DNA of 26,008 bases from Ginkgo biloba (taxonomy: Eukaryota > Plantae > Ginkgophyta): positions 193,835,334 to 193,861,341 of the forward strand of contig JANKJI020000002.1 in assembly GCA_024626585.2 (NCBI GenBank). The letters are read 5' to 3'. Both the position numbers and the translations under genes were made by a program. This document shows positions 1-10,236 of the stretch, in pieces. Within the stretch, counting starts at the first letter, position 1. Each line of letters begins with the position of its first letter. A model generated the notes under the pieces. It saw nothing but the letters and a program-made list of their open reading frames with translations, did not search any database and was not told the DNA's origin.

Positions 1-169
1 ACAATAATCAAGAAAATTTTAATATATTCAAAAGACTAAGGAAGAGTTAGCATCATTATTCATAATAGTAAAAAGAAATTAAACTCTGCTAGAAAATAGA
101 AAATTTCTAGAAAATAAAGATTATAATTAATGATTAAATAAGAGTGGAATAAGTTTGTTGATTTCCTAA

Positions 170-2167
170 TTACATCCTAACAAGATATCAATGTGGATAG
201 GAGCGATGATGACCTGAGCTATGACATGCAATGAGAAGATGCAGCGCGGGGGGCACATGGGCTCTTTACTAAGGGGGAATGTTTTCCCCTCTCTTGGACA
301 TTTTTCAACAGGAGACCCCACTTCAAAATTTCCTCCCTCCACCTTCATAAAGAAGTTAAAAACCCTTCCAAAGGTGTGTTTCGATCCTGAACTTGTTGAA
401 GAAGGAATATAGGATCTGTAAGGAAGGGTTTTGGTCGGTCGGTTTACCAGGCTCATGCCATCTCCTTATGATCTTAATCTTTGGGCCATGAAGAATTGGA
501 TGAAGCTTATAAAAGGAATTATTGAGCTAGTTCCTTATGGAAGAGGTTATTTTATGGAATTATTTGAAGATGGGAAGGACATGGACAGATTCTTTGAGAG
601 TGTTCCTATGTTCATGGGTAGGAGTAACCTCTTCCTCGACTATTGGTCTTTAAATTTTGACCCTACAAAGGATCCTAAAGAAGTCCCTTTATGGGTACAT
701 CTCCCTTTCTTACCTTACCACTTAACTAGATAATAAATTTTATAAGGAATAGGTAACGTGCTGGGAGAATATATTAAAGAATCTATAGCATCTTAGGAAA
801 GTTTAATGTGTGCTAGAATCTATATAAAGGAAAACCTCAATTCAGGGTTGTCGAATGAAATTAGGGTCAACTTTGGGGAATACCAGCATCTCCAGCATCT
901 AGATAATAAAAACATTCCTTTTAACTATAATTTCTATCATGAGTATCAACATTTTTTACGTTTTCATCCTAATAAATCCCAGGTTATTTCTCAAACAAAA
1001 GATGATGGGGATTTTCAATAGGTAAAAAGGAGGAATTAAGGGAGTCAAAAGAAAAATGAAGAAAATAAGAGCTTAAACCAAAAAATATCCAACCCAAATA
1101 AATTTCAAGTTTTAGAAAATATTGATGCAAAAACCATTTTGCATCAGTGAGTTCTAGGGAAAGAAAATCATAAACTAAAGGAAATCTTACCCCAACTAGA
1201 AGAGCCATCTAGAAAGGAGGAGTACCTTCAAAAGGACAAAAGCAAAGATTAAAACTAGTGCAAGTTGAAGACCTAACATTACTAGACCAAGAGATTAATG
1301 AAGAAGAAGAGCACTAGGAAGAAAAAGAGAACCATCAAGATTTGAAAGAAGAGACACTAGTTGTGAAGGAGGGGCCCCATCTTGATACACCCCTAGTAGG
1401 GGAGAAGGTTGGTTTTTCAATAAGAGGAAAAGACAAACCTTTATTGTTAGAGAAAATAGAAAAACACACTCTGGAAGAAATAAAAAAAGGCTCACAAAAA
1501 TTTCTGGAGGACTTCAGTCCAACCAGGGCCAAGGAAAATAAAAAGAAGAAAAATCAGAAACATTGGCAAGAACATCTGGTGCACTACGAGGTATCCTTGT
1601 TGATGGAGCTTAATATGGTTTGAGGTTTATGGTTTCTCAGGTTTTCTCGGTGTCTTTGCGATGGCCTTGTCTCAATGGATCTCATCAGCCTTCCTTTTTC
1701 AGTTTATTAGCCCTATGGGGTCAGTTAGTAGTTTGGTGCCCTGTGGGCACTTACTTCCCTTTTGAATGGTTTTTCCTTTCCCTTTCTCAACCATCCTGGT
1801 CTTCTAGTTTTTATCAATAGTTTCAACTTCCTGGTGCCTTGCATGGTATCCGATGAGATAAGGTTTTCAGGAATAGATATGTAAGTGNNNNNNNNNNNNN
1901 NNNNNNNNNNNNNNNNNNNNNNNNNNNNNNNNNNNNNNNNNNNNNNNNNNNNNNNNNNNNNNNNNNNNNNNNNNNNNNNNNNNNNNNCTGGTGCCCTGCA
2001 TGGTATCTACTTTCTTTGGTTTTCAAATTTGCATTATCTATATGAAAAACTAGTTGTAGTCATTTCATGGGAGCTACTAAAGTAGCCATTTTGTAACAAT
2101 CTTTAAATTTTATATAATATAAAATTTTCCTGGGGTGAAAACCCCTTTTTTTCTTATCGAAAAAAAA
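170..2167 (+). mobile_element. L1-clade non-LTR retroelement, apparently ORF1-only, with poly(A) tail and probable TSD
   Basis: Decayed ORF1 starts near 221. The element ends ...ttcttatcg(A)8 at 2160-2167. The flanks 151-169 aagtttgttgatttcctaa and 2166-2184 aaggttgtttattacctaa match at 16/19. No EN/RT motifs are visible, but a 100-N gap lies at 1888-1987. Confidence 0.75.
221..1560 (+). pseudogene. LINE ORF1 pseudogene (DUF4283 + zf-CCHC_4 knuckle + K/E-rich tail)
   Basis: ORFs 221-412, 431-733 and 806-1021 share one frame, separated by stops. They read LVGRF..WAMKNW..YGRGYF..LFLDYWSLNFDP..VPLWVHLPFLPYHL..GIGNVLGEYI..CARIYI..LDNKNIPFNYNFYHEYQHFLRFHP. The last motif is a CX2CX4HX4C knuckle with Cys decayed to Tyr/His. 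Confidence 0.9.
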
Positions 2168-2499
2168 GGTTGTTTATTACCTAAAATTGTATGAATTATG
2201 CTAAAATACACTAAGTTCAAATGGAATTATATAATTTTACCCAAGTGACCCTAACTACCTTTGATCTTAGGCACCTTCCTTCCATATTTCCCAAGTGGCT
2301 CTTAAGGGTTATTTTTAAGGATCTGTAGACTATGACAAGGTTGGGTACTTTTGTCCCAAAGGCCTATGTTATGACTTAGGTTGAAAACATTCTATAGAAT
2401 AATTTTTATATTTAGAAATAAAGTCTTATAGTTTCTATTAATAATCTACATCTTCAATGAAAGCCTTAAAAAATTCTTCTTCTTATGTTCTTATTGTCG

Positions 2500-2985
2500 C
2501 AATATTAGTAAGACAAAATCTTGGGTAACATTTACTAGCTTCTTTATGTCAATAATATAGATTAAAACTATTTTAACTTGGTTGTATTGATAATTTATAT
2601 GTATCCTATATTGATTAGGTATTCTTCTTACATCAGGGTAATTTAGGTAGGGATTTCTACGAATCATCACACATACATCAAGAAATATTTCATCACACTC
2701 TACTTCATTAAGCGATATTTATAGGTTTTTATTGGTTGGTGATGACTACTTTATCATATTTATGTTATCCACCCCAAATTATATTATGTAGGATTCTCTG
2801 TGATAGGCAAGTTGAATTAATTTTTAATAATCTTATAAACCAAGTTCTTATGACTCCTTGGATAAAAAATCATTGCCATAAGATCTTTCTTAATTTGGAT
2901 CTTTACAACTACTAGTTGTTTTTCAAGTCTCTTTACAAGATACAAAAACTAATAATCTTCCTACTTATAGACAACATTTTACAAT
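2500..2985 (-). pseudogene. Ty3/gypsy aspartic protease region fragment
   Basis: The minus strand reads MIFYPRSHKNLV..NLPITENPT*YNLGWI and NEVECDEIFLDVCVMIRRNPYL, matching the IFDPGSQKNLI..PYxLGWI..DEVECDVVPLDVCGVILGSPYL pattern. It has frameshifts and stops. Confidence 0.75.
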
Positions 2986-3982
2986 NNNNNNNNNNNNNNN
3001 NNNNNNNNNNNCCTTCTTTCTTAGGGAATTATTTCCTTGACCTGCATTTGGGTAATTGACTTGGGAATTGTTTATAGGATTTTTCTAGAGGGTTCTTCTT
3101 TGAATATTTTTCTTAAAGGAAGAAGATGGTTGTAAAAGGTTATTGAATTTATTGGCTTTGGATTTTATTGACATGATTTATTAAGGCCATTCTTAAGTGT
3201 TATTATCTAAGAGAATTCTAATTTCTTTTGGATATANNNNNNNNNNNNNNNNNNNNNNNNNNNNNNNNNNNNNNNNNNNNNNNNNNNNNNNNNNNNNNNN
3301 NNNNNNNNNNNNNNNNNNNNNNNNNNNNNNNNNNNNCATTCTAAATAACAAACATGAGGAACACACAACGATTCCTTATATTTCACCTCCATTAACTACA
3401 ATTTTATCGAGTTTTGGTTCACTTTAAAGCTTTTCATAGTAATGTTGATTCTTCCATACTCTCTACATTTGACATCTTCCAAAGGAAAATTAATTGTCTT
3501 CTACTTCTATTTCATCTTTCAGCACTACGATATATAGACAACGCTCCTAAATAACCATTTCCTCGAAGTCTTTGAAAGTATTAGGNNNNNNNNNNNNNNN
3601 NNNNNNNNNNNNNNNNNNNNNNNNNNNNNNNNNNNNNNNNNNNNNNNNNNCATTGATATAGTTGTTTTTTTTCTCGATGGCCATTGAGGGGATCACTCTG
3701 GAATAATCGAAGGGAAGCACGCTTGTGTAATAATTTTTTTTTTAAAGCAATTATTGAACCTATTAGCAGCTATGCGGTTTGAGAGTAAGAAGGCTTCCCT
3801 GGAACTAAGGCCCCTGGTGCTCGACTTGGGTTGTTTAAGATTTTCTAAGGGATCCCAAAAAACACTAAGGCAAATGCCCATTGGGCCTCTTATGCGTTCT
3901 AGATTGGCATTCTACATCAAACAAGATCAAAGGACGATGGTGAGCGACCAATGTGGAATTTGCATAGGCAGGCCTTGATTAC

Positions 3983-4470
3983 CTNNNNNNNNNNNNNNNN
4001 NNNNNNNNNNNNNNNNNNNNNNNNNNNNNNNNNNNNNNAATCGATTAAGCAGAGAGAAGATAGAGAAGAGAGAGATACACATCAACAAATCACCAAATGT
4101 TTTTTCCCCATTGTATAACCTCCTAGCTGTTTGAAAGCATGGATTCTTCTCACGAAGGTTATACAATTTGTTTTTTAAAATATTTTAATAACATAAGGGT
4201 TTACTAATTAAGAGGGTTAATTCTCATTAGTAGGGTAGGTTTGTGTAGTAAGGAATCCAAATTGTATAGCAAAAGCCATGAGATAACCCTCTTGGTACTT
4301 AAAACTAGCCCTGACAAGGAAGTGGGCCTTAAAACTAGCCTTGAGAAGGTAACTTCCTTAAGCGTCCTACAACATTATACAGCTATGCGTCTTTTGTTTA
4401 GTAAGATTTGACTTTTGATATCTTGATTTTTGTGCTATAGAGAAAAAACACCTCATCGTTGAGCACGTGA
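3983..4470 (-). promoter_or_regulatory. Candidate host promoter / CT-rich 5'UTR exon with 5' splice donor
   Basis: A GA tract at 4051-4075 is CT-rich on the minus strand. The minus strand has AG|GTAATC at 3983/3982. TGGGCC lies at 4323-4328 and CACGTG at 4464-4469. CpG is retained locally. The putative exon is partly in gap 3985-4038. Confidence 0.35.
4298..4349. repeat. Two-copy direct repeat, period 30 bp
   Basis: cttaaaactagccctgacaagg (4298-4319) and cttaaaactagccttgagaagg (4328-4349). Confidence 0.85.
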
Positions 4471-4632
4471 TAGGCTTTTGTGTCTACATGGATTATTTTT
4501 TGGATGATGCATTAGGTTTTTAGAACAATGGAACAGGTTTTTAGATTTGTGTGATGAGTTTTTTGAAAAATGAAAAATAACATTTGAAACCATTTCTCAC
4601 ATGCAATTTTCGTATTCCATGTGACTACTGTT

Positions 4633-5187
4633 TGATATAAGGGAAGGATCTTGCTTTAAGAAGTCAACTTCCACACAGTTTTCCATAATAATATAATAAC
4701 GTGAAACCATAAGATTCCAAAGGATCATAATATCAAAGAAGATTGTTTAGAAGAAGATGGTTGGATCATAAATCTTATATTGTAAATAATAACACATATG
4801 CTTGAGCACAAGCTTATAAATTCATATTTGCAAAAGGGAGCAAGCCTCCTTTAAATAATTGAGCCGTAGCCTGAAATTAAGCCTTCTAGTTTCTAAAGGT
4901 TGTCATGCAACCATTTAAATTATTTGAGAATCTTATGCATGCCTTCTTTTGCAACCCTTAATTAGTTATGTGATTAAAGAGTCTATTATAAGATCTGTCA
5001 TGCATGTAATTTTCAATTAGGAGAAAACCCTTAGTTAAGTAAAAACTATTAAAAATGGAAGATAAGAACAATCTTATCCTCCCATATAAGCCTTTAGGTC
5101 ATAACCTCTTTTAAAATCTTAAGTCATCTAATCTCCTTTTTAAGTGTTAAAACCCTTATAAGCTCTTAAGTCTTCATTGGCTCATAA
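4633..5187 (-). repeat. Putative 3' LTR of the gypsy element
   Basis: It follows the PPT AAAAGGGGAGG (minus strand; plus 5191-5201). The far end is plausibly ...TTATATCA (plus tgatataa at 4633). A TATA-like motif lies at ~4846-4858 (plus cctcctttaaata). There is no second copy to confirm the ends. Confidence 0.5.
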
Positions 5188-5419
5188 ATACCTCCCCTTT
5201 TAAGGGAGAAATAAACCACATTGCTTGATCTAGTAAGTGTGGCAATTCCTTCTATAATATGTCTAAAGTTATCCACTTAGTTTGATGTGGATATTATCGT
5301 TTCTTTCCCACTAAGAAATAATTAATATTGGTAAACCTTGTCTTCTTGACTTAATACTTGAAGTTCATATTTTCTTTGAGTGAATTTTTATAGTTTTGTT
5401 ATATGTCATTAGGATGCTG

Positions 5420-6650
5420 TGGGAATCCTTGCTTTTTTCATCCAATAATGGTGGCCTATATGGCTTTAACTTTTCTATGTTAAAGACTAGATGCAATCCC
5501 ATGTATGGAGGCAAATCCAAGGGGAAATAATTATCTATAAACTACTCTAGAATAGTGTATGGTCCATATTTGAATGGATTAATCTTCCTCTCATTTCCTT
5601 TAAATCTTATTTTTAGAAGATAGATTCATAACTTATGCCAACCTAAAAGGTATATGTTTCTTAATGCTTGTCACTTGCTTATACCTAAAAGTATAATACA
5701 TTTGCTTATGAATTTGATAAATATGATACATAAAGTATGTCACTTATATATGAGCTTTGTGTTCAAAAGAAGAAGAATAAAAACATTATGGAAAAATGGA
5801 TATATGAATATTAATAAGAGAGCTAAGTAGATATAATAAGCCTAAAAAAGTGAAAGAATAAGAGAGCGATGAAAAGTCCTATTGTAACTGTACATGGATG
5901 TAGGGAAGATAATTATGCCATGTATTAAGATATTGATGATTATATATTCATAAATTATGCATAATTTCTCAGTTAACCATGTCTATATGATTATTTATCT
6001 ATGGATGGAAGGAAATTGATTTCTTTAACTCAGTGTCCATCATGATTTATAAGATCATCTAAAAATTATTATAGGACTTGTTATTCTTACCTAAACTAAT
6101 GGATGAGGATATTCCATCAATAACATAAACATAAGTGAATAAAATATTTTCAACTTATGGTATGGATATGGTCTTATTATGAGGCATAAGAATGGCCATT
6201 TTATTGGTTCTATCAATGAACATAAAGATATAGTTATGTGTGAGTTGAATAGTGAAAAAACTATCTAAGAATTCCATCAAAATTGATTTTGAAGGTCTAT
6301 CAAAAGGGGGAAGTGGCTTACACTTTCAAATATTTTTGGTTGAAGTATTATATACCACCATAAATAAAAACAATTGATATATTTATCCACTTCTACTTGT
6401 ACCTTCACCCAATAGAAGTATTTATTTAGGTGTTCTGAAGTATTCTTTGCTCTAATATATCTTGTAATCTATAATGATGATCCTCTCATATCAAATACAT
6501 CCAAAAAATACCACATATAGAAAATTAATCTTGTATATTAATCCATCCTTGAGATGGAAACCTCAAATATAATCCTCATTTTCCACTTTCGGATCTTCTA
6601 ATCTCACCATGACAAAAGATAAGTCTAATTATGTTCCATACATATATTTA
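5420..6650 (-). pseudogene. Ty3/gypsy integrase with GPY/F motif
   Basis: FHLKDGLIYK, HLNKYFYWVK, HNYIFMFIDRTNKMAILMPHNKTIS, MMDTELKKSISFHP*INNHIDMVN, TWHNYLPYI, KYGPYTILE and LDLPPYMGLHLVFNIEKLKPYRPPLLD. Confidence 0.9.
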
Positions 6651-6699
6651 TACTCATTAAATCTAAAATATTTAATATCCATAACATGAAATAAAGAAT

Positions 6700-7880
6700 G
6701 AATAGGTGGATGATTAAGGAAATTAACTACTTTATTTAAAATTTACTTTTTATGCCTAATGATAATTTGGAACTATTAAACATAGTCTGTCCACTTGGCA
6801 AGGCAATGGTTCTCCAATTTCATTTGAGAGTATATACATTGAAAGTGGTTGATGGTCCAAATGGATTATGTATTTTTTTTTTCAAATAAGATCATGCTTA
6901 TAATGCTTTATTGATTAAATTATGACGTATATATCGTTATTATATGTGTTATAATTTTAAATTACACCTATATAGGCCTTTTAATGATAACTAACCTGCT
7001 TTCCTAATTGTGTAAGTACTACACTAGGGAAAAACCTTGATAGATATGCTTTATTTAACATGATAACTAAACATGCCCAAAATTAGATTTGTGCATAGGT
7101 TATGCCTCAAAACATTGAAATCATCTTATTTATCCTAATTCCACACAAAATAACTCCTTACTTTCATGAGTTAAGGGAATAAGCAATCTTTTAAAATCCT
7201 TGGATGAATTTTTGATACATGTTGGTTAGTCCAAGAAAACTATGAAATTCATGAATATTTGTAGATATTTTTTTAATTTCATAAAACTTTGATCTTCATT
7301 AGATATACCCTTAATATCCCCATAAATAATTAAACCAAGGCGAGAAATGTTATGTATAGAACATTTGCACTTATCCATGTTGTCTTATGTATTTTGTATT
7401 AATATTTATAAATTCATAAGGTGTAACTAAAAATCAATATGTCATTGAGGTATATAATGACCAAAGAGTAAAAAAAGGGTCAAAGATCATTATTCATAAA
7501 CCTAATAAAGGTGGAAAGTGCATTGGTTGTTCTAAAGGTTATGACCATTAATTTAAAGAGACATCCTGTGTGATTTGGACATGCATTGGTGGAAAGTGAA
7601 TTATATTTAAATATGTCTTCCATGTATCCTCCTATGTGATTTGGACATGATGCTATCCTAATTCCAAGTGAATTTTACTGAAGAATTTTACTCCTTAAAT
7701 CTAGTTAAGAATATATAGTAGTGGATAATAACTATTTATTATTATATTTTTTATTTCTCTAAATTCAATACACATTTGTTAAGTGCCATATTACTTATTT
7801 ATAAGAATAATTGGTGAATCACATAGAGATGCACTAGGATTAATATGTTCCTTCTTTTCAAACTTTTCTATTTTCCTTTT
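6700..7880 (-). pseudogene. Ty3/gypsy reverse transcriptase + RNase H
   Basis: HINPSASLCDSPIILINK*YGT*QMCIEFR, FFSKIHLELG*HHVQIT*EDTWKT, TNALSTFIRFMNNDL*PF and IIYLNDILIFS (YLDD decayed to YLND at 7441-7452). RNase H reads IIHLDHQPL..AKWTDYV**FQIIIRHKK. Confidence 0.92.
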
Positions 7881-8149
7881 TATCTATTCATATTATATAA
7901 TATAATTTATATATAACATCCCCCTAGGAAAATACCTAATGGATATTTAAATACATTACTACACTCTTATAAAATTTCACTCAATTTATTTTGTTGGGTT
8001 TAATAATTAATATCATATCTTAGGTCTAATTAAGCCTCACAACTCTACTCCTTTTAGGCCATAATCATGATTAATACATTTTTTTGGTGATGCTTATAAA
8101 AAGTGTTTGTATTGGTCACTAGTATTCAATATGGTGGCTTTATATATGG

Positions 8150-9350
8150 GAACATTTTTTAGCATTATGGCCTTGTCATCTTTATATGATCTATATTTTT
8201 CCTTATTAGGGAATATATATACTCTCTTAATGTGCAATAAAGGTATGCTCAAAATAACCCTAGTATAATTTATTATAACTATGTCATATATAATTTTAAC
8301 AATATAATATTTAATAACTATAAACTTTAACTTACATTATCTTATTACCTTATTACTTTCATCCTTAGTCTTCTAATAAATATCATACAAGCATAGATGT
8401 AAAAGAGTATCCAAGCCAATATATTATACCATCGATGTTAATAATAAGTTTTTGTAACTATTGTTGTCCAAAATGGATAATACAATATGGTTCTTTATTA
8501 GTAACTTTAGAATAAATGTATTATCTTATTATTCATTCTCCTATTTGGTTTTGATTACTATTATGAAAGATCAAGCTCATCAAAACTGATGACTATCTTT
8601 AGTTCTTCACGTTTATTCTTTTCACCTTTCTATTAAAGAGAACATAGTTCTTATTTGCGTGCAACATATAGATATTTTATTTATCATGGCCAATATTATT
8701 ATAATTCCCATGCTTCTTACTTTTTAAAGTGAGATTTATTCTTATTTCTTGGATCATATTTATTGATTGAGTGAGAAGATGAGGAAGAACTTTTATGTTT
8801 ACCTTTACCTAATAAGGCATGGGTAGTATTTTTCTTTTCCTCAACCTTGGAAGTGGACTAATAGGTTACTTACACTTTAATGCAATTCAAAGAGTTTGAC
8901 TCCATATCAATGCTAAAATCATATCCCCCAAATTAACTTTAGGACAATCATATACTTTGGTTCTTTAAATTTTAGAATGATGGATACATCTTGAAATTAT
9001 TCTAATAATCCTCTAATGTTTAACCTACATTTTAACACAAATGTTTCCACTTAGAATAGAAATCATCCTCATAGCCAAGAGGGTAAAATTTATTCCATAA
9101 CTCCTTCTTAAATTTATCCCATGAGGTTATGTGTGGCTTATTTCCCTACTATATTTCCTTGTAATAAGATTGTAATTAGAGAAAAACTTTAAGTTATAAA
9201 AATCAAAATAATTTTGACAAGAGCATACCTTAAGAATTTGAGTTGATATTTTAAGTGTCTCAGCATTTATATTTCCATGAAATATTTGTCTCTCCACCTT
9301 AAAATCCACCGAAAATTAATTTTATCCAAGTGATGGTTGCTTAATAAAAC
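8150..9350 (-). pseudogene. Ty3/gypsy gag + protease
   Basis: Gag reads VDFKVERQIFHGNINAETL (ORF 9127-9309) and TSWDKFKKELWNKFYPLGYEDDFYSKWKHL, with a decayed knuckle KKHGNYNNIGHDK*NIYMLH. Protease reads SILDNNSYKNLL (~8457-8471, DSG decayed) ..CKLKF..VILSIPLL. Confidence 0.85.
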
Positions 9351-9852
9351 TAGGTGGTGCTTGGAAAATAAAATGTAGCAAGGAAGAAGAAGAATGACAT
9401 AAATAATAAGAAGAATTTATAGTGATTAGTTCTACTATAGTTGGGGAAAATATCACTACATCATTAGGATAGGATTTGGATAAATCACTATCCTTATAAC
9501 TATGATAGTAAGATAGCAAGATCGTCTACAACCTTCCTAGTTTATTTATACTCCTTCCTCATTTGATGAATAGTTTGGTGAAATTAGTACTCTTGAGTAC
9601 CTTCAATATACTATTAATTGGTTGTGTTAATATTCATATGATAACTCAACTATAAATTAACTATTCTTGCTTGGTGTATCTTCTTATANNNNNNNNNNNN
9701 NNNNNNNNNNNNNNNNNNNNNNNNNNNNNNNNNNNNNNNNNNNNNNNNNNNNNNNNNNNNNNNNNNNNNNNNNNNNNNNNNNNNNNNNTCTATTATTTGA
9801 TCTACTTTTATTTTCATTCGATTCATCTCTTAGGCCAAGGACATTAGAGAGA

Positions 9853-10236
9853 TGATATGTAGTATGAGATCCTAAATGTATTATTATGAGGTTCTAATAA
9901 ATTATAGTGTGTTTCCTAGGATAGACTTGACCTAATTCATTAGGATTTGACTTAATTTATCAATTGAATAGTTTTCATTTGCTCACCAAAATGGGCTTCC
10001 CTTTAAACTAGAGCCTGCCATTCTNNNNNNNNNNNNNNNNNNNNNNNNNNNNNNNNNNNNNNNNNNNNNNNNNNNNNNNNNNNNNNNNNNNNNNNNNNNN
10101 NNNNNNNNNNNNNNNNNNNNNNNNNNNNNNNNNNNNNNNNNNNNTAATTATATAATTATGCTAACCTTATCAATTAAGATTCTATCAATTGTTCTTCTTT
10201 TGAAAACTTATTAATGCTTCACATCACTTCCCCTTT
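9853..10236 (-). repeat. PPT and putative 3' LTR of a second LTR element
   Basis: On the minus strand AAAGGGGAAG (10236-10227) is followed directly by TGATGTGAAGC. A possible ...CATATCA end lies at 9853. A gap at 10025-10144 interrupts it. Confidence 0.45.

Larger units (their letters stand above)
4633..9600 (-). mobile_element. Decayed near-full-length Ty3/gypsy LTR retrotransposon (gag-PR-RT-RH-INT order); 5' LTR and PBS not seen
   Basis: All pol domains are recognisable by hand translation in gypsy order, followed by a PPT and an LTR-like segment. The gag/PR style resembles CRM-like chromovirus-related elements (inference). Confidence 0.9.

Noticed and set aside
984-1532. Minus-strand ORFs 984-1208, 1295-1495 and 1335-1532
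   Set aside because: They are antisense shadows of the purine-rich L1 ORF1 tail.
2132-2152. Bacterial intrinsic terminator (hairpin + T7)
   Set aside because: The context is a eukaryotic retroelement 3' end next to poly(A), so it is better read as a LINE tail structure.
3905-3914. miR394-like TTGGCATTCT
   Set aside because: Only 10 nt match and there is no hairpin partner.
3693-3978. ORFs 3693-3881 (-) and 3754-3978 (+) as genes
   Set aside because: They are short, have no recognisable domain, and 3754-3978 has a non-ATG start.
4051-4080. miR156/miR529-like sequence
   Set aside because: The similarity is only low-complexity GA, the 3' end does not match, and no complementary arm is visible (though a gap is adjacent).
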